A DNA stretch of 64,000 nt from Lingula anatina. Lineage: Eukaryota > Animalia > Brachiopoda. This document shows, piece after piece, positions 40,201-50,627 of this stretch. Position 1 is the first letter of the stretch, and every line of letters starts with the position of its first letter. The translations under genes were made by a program, and so were the position numbers. The notes under the pieces were generated by a model, which was not told the DNA's origin, made no database searches, and saw only the letters and a program-made list of their open reading frames with translations. Location: the NCBI GenBank assembly GCA_051362555.1, contig CM120642.1, positions 9,796,001 through 9,860,000 of the forward strand. Direction: 5' to 3'.

Positions 40201-43200
40201 CTTAACAGTACGATTTGTCAGTTACTCCCTCGCTCTGTATTGTTTTGGGTAAAATGTGTAAACTAGTCTAAAAACGAGACAGCACTGTTCTGAAATGTTT
40301 TTTTTCCATTTTTAACAATTTTTAACATAAAACAAAATTAACAGTTTTCTGCCGTTTTTATATGATCAACTAAGAAAATTGATGAGATGGGAAAAATATC
40401 AACAGAGCAGTGTTAAATGTCCAATCTCTTCCATTCTGAGATTCTGAACATAGTGAATGATTGAATCTGACAAACTGCAATGATATGAGTTTATTTCCAT
40501 TTTTGAAACTTTATTACACAATACACGATAACAAGTTTACCATCATTTTTACATAATCAACTAATAATGTTGTAAAATTGCAGGAAATGCCAAACAAACA
40601 CTTTTACGTATCTTATTAGTTAAATAATGAAACTGCTTACATGCCTAAGAATTAAATCTGAGGAAATGTGAAAAAACTGCATTTCTTTAAAATAATGGCC
40701 CGATTATGCTGATTTTTGAACTCAACCTGCGTTTTAGCAGGAATGACCACTCCTGTGAGTTTAATGACAATTGGCCCATCTGTTTTTCTTATATTGTGTT
40801 TACAGTGTTGCATATATGCTGAAAAGCGAAAAAAAAAAGCATAACTACTAAAATAGTGGCCTGATCATGCCGATTTTCTAACTTGACCTGCGTTATAGTA
40901 AGATCGATTACTCCTGTGAGTTTCATGACAAAAAGCTTATCGGTTTTCCTTGAAATGTGTTTACAGTGTTGCATATATGCTGAAAAGTGAAAAAACAGCA
41001 TAACTTCTACATTAATGGCCCCATCATGCTGATTTTCGAACTTGACCTGCATTTTATGAATATTCATCAGCTCTGTAAATAAACAGCCAAAAAGTAAAAC
41101 TGCCTTTCACTTATCGTGTTTACAATGAAAGTGCATGGCGCCAGTGACAGGGACAGTGACGGCAACGACGGCGACGACAGACGCAGGTGATGGCAATATG
41201 TACAGACACATCTGTACATATTAACTGTACTGTTTGAGAACAGTAAGTGACATGGTTTTTCTTAAATGGTCATCATGGGAGCAAAGCCCAAAATAGGTTT
41301 TTTTCAAATTTTGATGCAATATTACATAATGTTTAACAGCATAATGATCATCAATTTTTAATAATAAAATATTAGTATCATGGACAAATAGTAAACGTGA
41401 CTAACAAAGGTTTTTAGGCTGATGGAACTTCAAAGTCACGCCTTAAAAATGCCAAAATGTAAACAAGACTGCACTGTTCTGAAATGGGTTTATTTCCATT
41501 TTTAACACTTTTTAAACATAAAACAAAATTAATAGGTTACTGCCATTTTTATAAGATCAACTAAGAAAATTGATGAGATGTGAAAAATATCAATAGAACA
41601 GTGTTAAATGTCCAATTTCTTCCATTCTGAGATTCTGAACATAGTGAATGATTGAATCTGACAAACTGCAATGATATGAGTTTATTTCCATTTTTGACAC
41701 TTTATTACACAATACAAGATAACAAGTTTACCATCATTTTTACATAATCAACTAACAATGTTGTAAAGATGCAGGAAATGTCAAACAAACACTTTTACGT
41801 ATCTTATTACTTAAATAATAAGGCTATTAACATGCCTAAGAATTAAATCTGAGGAAATCTGAGGAAATGTGAAAAAACAGCACAACTTCTAAAATAATGC
41901 CCCGATTATGCTGATTTTCGAACTCAACCTGCGTTTTAGTAAGACTGACCATTCCTGTGAGTTTAATGATAATTGGGCTTTCTGTTTTTCTTATATTGTG
42001 TTTACAGTGTTGCATATATGCTGAACAATGAAAAAAACGCATAACTACTAAAATAGTGGCCCGATCATGCTGATTTTCGAACTTGACCTGCGTTTTAGTA
42101 AGATTGATTACTCCTGTGAGTTTCATGACAACAGGCCTAATGGTTTTCCTTAAAATGTGTTTACAAGGTTGCATATATGCTGAAAAGTGAAAAAACAGCA
42201 TAACTTCTACAATAATGGCCCCATCATGCTGATTTTCGAACTTGACCTGCGTTTTATGAATATTCATCAGCTCTGTAAATATAAAGCCAAAAAGTAAAAC
42301 TACCTTCCACTTATCGTGTTTACAAGGAAAGTGCACGGCGACGGCATCGGCATCGGCATCGGCATCGGCATCGGCATCGGCGACGACAGACGCAGGTGAT
42401 GGCAATATGTACAGACACATCTGTGTCTGTACATAAAAAATCTCATGACAACCACATTTGAGGTTTTGCTATGACATCAGTGTCATTATAAAACACTAGT
42501 ACGGGTCAAAAAATATGTACTACCCAAAACACTGAAAACAGGCAGCTCAAATTGGTCATGAATGGTTGTGTGCACACACACAGACAACTTAGAACACCTA
42601 ACTACACCTGCGTGTGCACATACACAGACAACTTAGAACACCTAACTACACCTGCTGAGTAAACAAAAATGGCTTTCTTCCGAAACATTAATTTTCAGAT
42701 TAAGATAAGTGCTCATCATAAAACTTTTAGGGACATTTGTTGTAATTTGGAGGCTGTAGAGGTGCAGCATGTCTCATAATGAGGGATAACATCATTTTCA
42801 GTGTGTGAATGGTATAATTTCTATTCACAACACACATTGGAATTGCCTATCTTTTCCATGCAGTACAATTATTCCGCACAGTACAATTATAACTTTCTAA
42901 CATTTTCCCCTTCAGACAGGTGGTTATACATTGGACCTGTCCAACAAAACCAATAATTTTTTTTTGACATGAAAGTTTTTTAAATTTAAGTTTATATTAG
43001 CAAATTAATTTCTTTACGGGTTATCATGTATTTGATTTTTTAAATATATGAATAGAGTAAATCAGTCATTTTGAAAAATTTCCCTCCTTTTATTCAAATT
43101 GTCACATTTTATTACTAATTTCTTCCTTACATCAATATCACATTGGTATATGACAGCACTGCAAATTTATCAAATCCCAGCACTTAATTTTGAACTTTAA

Positions 43201-44776
43201 ATAACATAGGTGACGCTAGAGTCATTAAATAAAATATCTTACAAAATTTTAAGTTATATATTTGAAAATAAACAATATTTCAATTAGATCTTTTACTTTC
43301 CTACCTCGAATGGTTTATGCGGGGATAGCATAAAACACATTTAATTGACAGGCAGTATGTTGTCCTGACAATGAACTACATTTATCCAGTTCATCTGGTC
43401 TAAAACTGGCTGTTATGCCCGAGTACTAGTATGTTGTATAGTTTCTATTTTGGGAAGTCTTTATTACTAGATAGGGGCCAGTGTCAAGGTCAGTCAGATA
43501 ACTGGTGACAGAGAATGCTCCAACTGGTTAAAATGTGTAAATTACATCTTCAAAATCATAGGTAGCCCAAGCGGGTCACTGGCAGAAAGGGTCTGGTTGC
43601 CAGACCTAGCAGTCCACTAGCCCTAGGCTAGCAGGCTGCCGCTAATGTCAGGCCCTGTGTAACGATTTTTTGTAAGGGTAGTTTGATCTTGTCCACACAC
43701 AATGAGACAATGAGCATTAGGCCTTTTTACACCAAAAATTAATTTATGTGAAAATTTGAAGACTAAGGATAATTTATATATACCGATAATAAGTAATAAG
43801 AATGACCTCTGAACTGACCTGTTGCTGCTGTTGATGTGGTGAGTGTAGGAAAACTGCTGGACGTGGTGCCTCCAAAACCACCAAAACCTTCAGAAAAAAA
43901 AAAGATTACTTTCAACAATCCTTATTAATTTACAGGAATTAATTTGCAAAAAAAAATGTAGAATATCCCTAGGCAAAACAAGTCTTACAAAGAAATTTTT
44001 TTTAAGATAACAGAAGACTAAAAGGATAACAAAGTAATCAGACATTCCATGGCAAGATTGTAAAAAACACAGTTCAAATGCACCTCCAAAACCAGTAGCA
44101 GCAGATGTGGTGGTGACTGCTGTAGTCCCAAACCCACCAAAACCTGTCCCAGCTGTGGTTGTCTTTTGTCCAAACCCAAAACCTGAAAAGAAAACATCAT
44201 TATGATTAATGTACTGTTATACATGTATATCATATATACATGTGAGATGCACTAGTACCCTCTTTTTTTTTCTGATTCTGTCCTAAATTCCTTTTTAGTT
44301 AAATACAAATCCTTAGATACCATGTGTAGGATTCATGAATGTAGCAAAAACTGTAAGTGCAGAGTTAACTCATTTTTAGTGTCTCACAAACAAAGCAAAT
44401 GTGAAAGCCTTTATAAATACAAGAAAGCCTAGGCCCAAGAATGAAGTTACTAATTACTAATTAAAATGTTGGCTTTTGCATTAGATGGCAGTTTTCTGTA
44501 CCCAAAGCGAAATCAGCTGTCACCACCACATCACCGGTTATGGTTTGGACACATTTCAAGTTACGTGAATTTCCAAATCAAATTATTTTTGCTTTGGGCA
44601 TTTGTAGCGAATTGGTTAATCTTGATCAATGTTCAATTTACAGTGTAGTCTAAATTTCACCTACCTGTGCTCTGGGTGCCAGCAGTTCCTGTCGTGCCAA
44701 ACCCAAAAGTAGGAGCTGAAGTGGTAACAGTGCCAAATGCGGGTTTCGCAGCCGTGGTACCAAAACTGAAAGCCAT
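25325..44776 (-). CDS. NUP54: Nucleoporin p54; exons 44776-44665, 44182-44084, 43887-43819, 28911-28852, 28596-28376, 28191-28004, 27729-27533, 27208-27060, 26738-26631, 26293-26174, 25846-25736, 25444-25325
   Basis: N-terminal FG repeats (MAFSFG..FGFG), poly-Q, IFGDERDAIIAKWNQMQAFWGVGKGYY..NPFCRFKAVGY, PPAGIDPLLWQQAKLDNPDPESLIPVPMKGFKEL, QEIYRKLGYAIQADEEQLRVQLE, FKGRLNELMSQIRMQNQ, HLISIIKDDMEDLKL; GT-AG junctions. Additional small FG exons could be missed. Confidence 0.95.
28235..28308. repeat. (TG)n(AG)n compound microsatellite in a NUP54 intron
   Basis: Seen directly. Confidence 0.95.
29015..29129. repeat. Long near-perfect inverted repeat (hairpin) with gaggcgaagccgag in the loop
   Basis: gctgagctttacgagaaatagagcagataatt and its exact reverse complement ~20 nt later. 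Confidence 0.9.
29461..29807. mobile_element. TTAA-flanked MITE (Kolobok-like), inverted copy of the 10414-10761 family
   Basis: ttaa|agggataataactcttc ... gaagagttattatccct|ttaa (17-bp TIR). Confidence 0.8.
30433..31261. mobile_element. PIF/Harbinger-like MITE with long TIRs
   Basis: tta|tgcccctatttcac..accaggaatcccacgaatcgccaggaattgacaaatttcaggattcgtg and its reverse complement ending gaaacaggggca|tta; TTA duplication; internal attcgta motifs. Confidence 0.85.
32896..34410 (-). CDS. NXPE-like / PC-esterase (SGNH-fold) type II membrane protein, 504 aa, intronless, nested in NUP54 intron 3
   Basis: N-terminal TM anchor, stem, Ig-like segment (GGSNFRVEV..VRDFFNGTYVAYC), FGDSH catalytic-Ser motif, GIHE block, C-terminal DEAH (DxxH) motif; uninterrupted 1.5 kb ORF in AT-rich DNA. 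Confidence 0.75.
   Translation of the reverse strand: MRKQLSTQAVYAMVLAVVSTAVYITLLIMLNSYSRGITFHHLLKKAPYFEQATKYDRQFKHKGVQGQEENDLADQHGEVRNGIAEKAQLEHAWSNFNPQTDSKGDTDNNTRYKYNFNVTASHNHILYIYIEERKQVSANKTVLSSGGSNFRVEVTGNESMVCPVRDFFNGTYVAYCDVHSGIQGIIYLDYTDFEAFRHHDNEKRAHPNRIHRIIHSFNYVPLEKWQLEKEKTKRDCFETNIAEYLNGRWWKIRGQWKWGTKSKCIFEFISEADLWKCYNRKTTFRVFGDSHLRYLSNYLNQLLSKYRHMSLDTVNVTTGLNHTNSRKNRKKIMGLSKIVFGWTPHASHCEKAIRSLFSRFDKKPATRDDVVLMGFGIHELVLTHQSAYNLVNHSLPHFVDFLRNVRENHNVSNIRLIYLNILPRVLGQMDGNDYMVAAVNEIIREQLVKYSVEIIDSFNILNPMKWTPCDEAHFLCPVNNDPSIYEGHAGMTLAHLFFRIMCDL
35942..36690. repeat. 100-bp minisatellite, ~7 copies, inside the LTR-like element
   Basis: gaccacgtcatt.c.gtcatagttaag recurs at about 36043, 36143, 36243, 36343, 36443, 36543, 36643. 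Confidence 0.92.
38055..38260. repeat. ~100-bp direct repeat x2 near the 3' end of the LTR-like element
   Basis: gagccacgacgctaccataaga..gactacgtacg..catatgagaagatacgcgatctacgggaaccg twice. Confidence 0.85.
40280..42436 (-). mobile_element. Tandem ~1.2 kb duplication; each copy includes a HINE-like element (~40630-41220 and ~41825-42436) with ~180-bp internal repeats
   Basis: Terminal palindrome atgtacagacacatctgtgtctgtacat next to an A-run, (ggcatc)n microsatellite, three ~180-bp cores (gattttcgaacttgacctgcg); flanking sequence also duplicated. Confidence 0.75.
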
Positions 44777-45732
44777 CTTTCTAGTAGTGTTAAGATCCGC
44801 GCAATTTTACAGGGGATTTTTCAATGCTTCCCGAGTTACTTCTTTTCAAATCTCCTGCCTAAGAAGACCACACATTGACGTCACCGTGTTGTCTTCTCTA
44901 ACACATTTTACCGATCTTCATAACAAAAAAATGCCCCCCCCCCTCCCCCACCAATACAAGCAAGCAGGTTCTTTGTACCACTTGTGGTAGCCCTACCCAT
45001 GTAGACGCCGAGTGAAAGAAGATAAAATACTGCTGATGGATTTGACAGGAAGGGAGGAGGGGGGGTGACACTTAAGGCCCTATATGATAAAAAAAATTAT
45101 AGGGACCCTTCCCCGTAGCCTTAAAAATGGGCCTTGTGTGTTGTTTTATAGATCGGAGTGTATATAAAAATCTTACTTCCAGCATAAAAATAGAAGAAAT
45201 GTTTCAATATAAGATAAAGACAGATCAATTGGTAAACGTTGAAATGTGGTAGGCCTAATTTAAAATCTGTAAATATAAATTAATTCACAAAAACACATAG
45301 GCCCCTACATGTATGAACAAAGTTTCGTCTTAGCGATAAAATCAAAACTTTTAGACCACTTTGATTTGCCTAATTACCAGAATTCTTACAAGTTTTTTTT
45401 TTTTTTTTTCAATTTAAAGATCCCGTGCTCAGTGATCCAAGTAGCCTAAAAGTAATGTTTAGATTGCAAGGAGTAGATCGGAGTAGGCCCTAGGGCCTAT
45501 AGATATTTTGGTGAAATATGTAATGTGGTGATGTAGAATAACATGCCCACACACAGACTGAAGCTTTGAACGTGGATCAAAAGAGTTTTTGCCATTATTG
45601 TTTTTGAAAGCGCTAAGTAAGCCTACATTTGTATTATGCAGCGTGCTGTGTTGCGTCATAGATGAAATGACGTAATTTTCACAACAACAAATGTTCATGT
45701 AACTACGGAGACATAAACAGATAAAATCGACG

Positions 45733-48099
45733 ATGGGTAAGTTTGTTTTTTATAACCACGTAACAATGTTTCGTATAAAAAATACAACCTCTGTTTGAAA
45801 GCTCCTTACTAGTTTTTTGGCATTGGTTTGTCTTATGTTTCAGGCTTATTTAGAAGAAAAGAGTTACAGGACCTCGCCAATAAGGTTGATCCTGAACATT
45901 ATTATAATGGAAAAGAAATGATCACATTGAATCACAGTCTGAACCAGGTTCTTGTGACTATGAAGCAAACCCTTAATGATGTGAACCAGAAAACCCTTCA
46001 CATTGCCGATCTTGAGGACAAAATGGAAAATATGTCCACTCATATCACAGAATCAGAAAACAACATTGGTGAGTCAACGGTTCCATCTCAACTTAAAAAC
46101 ATTCTTGACGGCCAGACTGCGTAAAAGGAATTGATAATGATTAAAAACATAAACTGTTGATCTCTATCCAAAACATACAGTTCAGTATAATTAGTAATTA
46201 TCAGAACGTCATGCTCTCCCACCTCTCTCCCTAAAAAAATTGGAAAACCATATATTAAGATGATGCTTTTTGTCATGTGACTCCATTGACAGCAATGATT
46301 GAGAAGAAATGTGATGAAAAGAATCAGGAACTGAAGCTCATAAACCAGCAAAACGCAACGCTGCAGGAGGAAAAGCTGGCCATACTACGTAAAGTTTCAG
46401 AGCAGCAATATGAACTCGGTATGCAATTCACTGTTAAGTTATTTTATTTATTTATTCATTTTTCTTTGTAAATTGAAATATTAGGTGGTTGTCGCTACGT
46501 AACGAAATATCGCTGCGATAACGAGACTGCTATCGATATCCAAAAACATGTTGTTTAACTCGGAAAAAATATAAGTGTTTCACAGGTAAAATGTTATCTT
46601 TTAGAAATTCTTAAGAAATACCTGAGATCTAAATGCAAGAGGCTTGCCCAACAAGACAAGGCTATTGCTGCCTTAAATGAAGTTCTCACTGCAAAAGACA
46701 AAAGCGAAATTCTGGAGGCCCGCGAAAAGGCAGATCTTAAGAGAAAAGTGAACAAATTAGCACTGGCATTGGCATCACGAGACCGGGAAGTAGAAGAGCT
46801 GCATTTTATGCTGACCAAGACAACGGTAATTTTTCTTCATGTCTAGATTTTTGTTTATCTTTTTCAGTAAGAAGGAGAAGGGGCGTTTGGCATGTTGCAC
46901 ATTATACAAGCATCGTTCTTTACTTGGATTGTTATAGATAGTGTAAATATATTCCACAAGCTAGTTTTACAAACTGTTTAATCCTGCGTGTTTGTTTTCA
47001 GGGTGAATTGGCAAGCCTCGCTATGAAGACAAGTGAGATGCAGAAAACTGTTTTAGAAGAACTGGATGCAGTCAACAAAGAAAAAACGAAAAGTATGTTG
47101 GTTAGTTCCAATTCAATAATCTGGTGAATCAAATACTATTCGAAACTTATGGTGTACTTACATAAAACAATATTTGGTTTTTGTTTTGTTTTTTATGTCA
47201 GTAAATGCCGATTGAAAATTGATGTGAACCTTGCTAATTAATTTTTCTAATTTTTTAAATGAATAGATCCAATTAGAGCTTTGATTAGGGAAAACTATAT
47301 TTAAGATAATAAGAATTTTTTTTTCATTTTGTTAATCCTGTAGAGCGTAACTAAAAAGTTTGCATCTGATTTTTTCACTTATTCTAACATCGTTTTCTCT
47401 CTATTGGTAGAATTGCTTTTTCATTGCATGTGATCTTATTTCAATACGTTCAAAATATTTTAGGACGCGTGATCAATTTCTTGGAAAAACAAGGGTTCAT
47501 AGTCTCGTTACAAAAGGACAAGTTCGAAATGCCACAACAGGTAGAGTTGATGTTCCACTTTGGAAAACAATTACAGTATGTAAAGGAAAACTTGCATGCC
47601 TTGTCAACATCAGTATATAACCATGACTATTGTACATAATACATGTCTGGCGACACTCACTTAGTATTATTCCTTCGTCAATGTCTGGGGATTCTCTTTA
47701 CTGATTATCATTATTTTAATTTTTGTATATTTATTGTGTTTTTTAAAATATATATTAAAGTATTTTTCTCAATTTCAGCTGTATGATGCAGAACTTAAGA
47801 GATGCCGATTAGAAGAGGAGAAGGCACTCATCCAAGCTAAGATTTCAGAGCTGAATCAATTGGTGGCGTCGTTGAACAAAGAAGGGCGTTCAACACCAGG
47901 TGGCGTACAGAATGTTCACGGAGTAAAGGAATGCATTGGTGAAGCTGTTGCACCTCAGGTCCACGAGATGGCACTTGGCATGGGCGGTGCTGTTTCCGAT
48001 CCTACTGTTTTGAAAGACGGAGATTTGGTGACCACCTGCTTATCACAGCCTAGCCTTCCCTCTCAAGACATATTGGCGCCAGTTAAGTTTGGGCTTTGA
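45733..48099 (+). CDS. Uncharacterised coiled-coil protein; exons 45733-45736, 45844-46068, 46293-46418, 46605-46825, 47002-47092, 47464-47540, 47779-48099
   Basis: GT-AG junctions join in frame: MGLFRRKELQDLANK..KQTLNDVNQKTLHIADLEDKMENM..EKNQELKLINQQNATLQEEKL..LALALASRDREVEELHFML..EEEKALIQAKISELNQLVASLNKE; heptad-rich. Confidence 0.8.
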
Positions 48100-49234
48100 A
48101 GCATAACCTGGCAACAATAGAAATACTATTGTTTTGAAGTTTTTTTTTTTTTTTTTTGTGGTTCAAAACTTCCCCTTGCAGCTCATTAGAGCAACTGGAA
48201 AATTGTGTTCTATACCTACAGGCTATGGCAGGACTTATTATTATTGTTGTTTTCATTTACATGTATCATTATTTACAATATATATAAATATGTGGTTTTC
48301 GTTTTGAACAGTGCAATATCTTTCAGGACGAACTATTGAACATGGCCCCCTCTCAAAGTATCCACAAATGAAAATTTGGATCTCCACCAACTTGATGATT
48401 TTGTATGCAGTTTGTAATAATACTGGATATAATTTGTAAATAGGCTAATCTATTCACATGTTGTGTAATAAAAATTACTACAAAACGTATATATATTTAT
48501 GCATTCAGCGTTGTATTTTAAGCTTTGTGTGAATGAATCACTGTCGATCGCAAAGTGCTTATTTTTTGCAGTTGGTAATATGAAGCATTTCGCATAAATA
48601 TGTGTCAAATGAGTATAAAGCTTTTATATTTATTTAAAAAAAAACTTAAAAGCACTACTGCTTCTACTAAGATTGAATGAACGAACAACCTATGGGACAC
48701 AAATTACCAAATGCAAATTCCAATCATCACGCGTTTACACACACACACACACACACACACACGTCACCAAGACACTTAATTTGATTAACAGTCGCAAAAC
48801 AGGTCAAGTTTTATTGACGCTGTCCACTACCTTACATCAGGCACAGAAGACCCAAAAGTGAATTGTTACTGGGTGCGGTACTCATTGCGTTTTTCTATAT
48901 AAATAGAACGGCTGTACATGTACATGTTCACGGAGAAAAGCTGACAAAATGTCGCTAGCAAGGCTATGATTTCCTATTGGTTCTCTTCTTTGAATATGTC
49001 TTGGATAGTTTTCTTTAATCACTAGACTGTGGATACCCATTTTGATACCCATTTTGAATAGGCATTTCAAATGACCGATTTCACAGAATATATTTATATC
49101 ACAATCATCGATACCCTTCAACTAATGTGGATGTTTCATAGTGACTTGTTACAAAATACGTATACTTATTTATCATTTAAAAGAACAGAAAAAAGAACTA
49201 ATGTTGGGTGATAATCATGCCACGCATTATATTA

Positions 49235-49401
49235 CAGGGGCGGGTCCAGACCTATTTACTGACAGTCTTCCAAATATCTTTGTTGATTCATCCTCCAATT
49301 TTGACCGTCTTCCAACAGAAAAAATTAGATACCCGTCAACGTAAACTTGAAAATCTGACCGTCTTCCGGAAGACCCAGAAGACGGCTTAAATCTGCCCCT
49401 G
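49235..49401. mobile_element. Short hAT-like MITE
   Basis: caggggcggg ... tctgcccctg termini; TSD not convincing. Confidence 0.4.
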
Positions 49402-50127
49402 TTATTAGGTGTCTCTATTTACGTGAAGGACAATCAGCGCGTGACCTTGTGATAAATTCAAGTCCTGTTTTCTGCCGATTACACTATCTCTAATAGTACA
49501 CTCTACTTTCTGACCACAAGATGCTCTATATGTAGTAGTCTGTTACAAAAAGTTAGTGGGTCCCTGATATCAGAGGGCAAATACAGTGTACATACACAGC
49601 AAAAGTTGACTTGGCTTGGATTTTTATGCAATATATCTCTCGACTATATAACATTTGCGCGTTATGTGTTTGTCAATGCTTCAACTAATCCTATTTTAAA
49701 TGAAAAAAAATACGCATATAAAGAGTCTTGAAAACATTACGAAGTTTGTTTCTTTCCGCAACCTTCATTTGCATAGTCTACCATTGTAGATGGCCAGTCG
49801 TAAATTTGGGAAAGTTTGCAAGCGCTCTCACATTTTTTTTAAAAAATCCACCACTCTACACGAAGATCGTGTTACATCGCTTGAGCTTTGTTAACAGTTT
49901 TTTTTGTAGAAGCAGAGGGCTCGATGTGAGTAATATATTTGGTGTTGTCTATTTTATTTTGATGAAGGCAAGAGGAGATTGAAAACAATCAGTGAGTTAC
50001 ATGTACTAAGTGGTTAGTTTAGATCCTGTTTCAGCAAAAGAAAGTGGGTCGGGCCCCTTATAGCCAATACACATGTACATGTAAAAGGCATTTTGCAGTC
50101 GGATACAGATCCCATCCAGTCATAGGT

Positions 50128-50627
50128 ATGACGTATGCAACAGCTGTGATTTTTGTTCTTTTGGCAACATTTAGCATAAGCCAATTGACGACAAACGCCC
50201 AGGTAAGATACATGAGAATGCCCTGAAGTTCATCACGTTGCTTTAAACAAATTGTCGATTCATTGTCCAGCTTATTTCTCATAGTTACGTTTTGTTTTCT
50301 TCGGCTGTAGCTAGCTTAATAAGATGCTAAAACTTTCAAAAGAGAACAAAGTTCACTTATTTTGAATTCCACGATTTACAGAGTCGAGATTTCACAAATT
50401 TTCTTACGATATAGACTTAATCCTGTGTTACGTGTACGTCAAGATAGTGTTTAAAAGTTAAAGTCTATTTTTGCAGAAAATGAATATAGGCTCATCCGAA
50501 ACTTTTTTGTAGCAATGCTATCAAAATGGAAGGGATGGAAAAGACGGCACTGATGGAAGAGATGGCAGAGATGGTAGAGACGGGCTTCGAGGAGAAACTG
50601 GACCACCAGGACCAAAGGGAGAAGCAG
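50128..50627 (+). CDS. Secreted collagen-domain protein (collectin/C1q/short-chain collagen-like), first two exons (50128-50202, 50513-50627); remainder not seen in the window
   Basis: Signal peptide MTYATAVIFVLLATFSISQLTTNAQ|gtaag, then ttgtag|QCYQNGRDGKDGTDGRDGRDGRDGLRGETGPPGPKGEAG|gtgag (11 Gly-X-Y triplets). Confidence 0.85.

Noticed and set aside
41836-42420. 194-aa ORF with a DADADA run
   Set aside because: It is the translation of a microsatellite plus 180-bp non-coding repeats of a HINE-like element.
50477-50512. Upstream acceptor (ttgcag at 50476) for the collagen exon
   Set aside because: It leads to an in-frame TAG at 50510-50512; the ttgtag acceptor keeps the frame.
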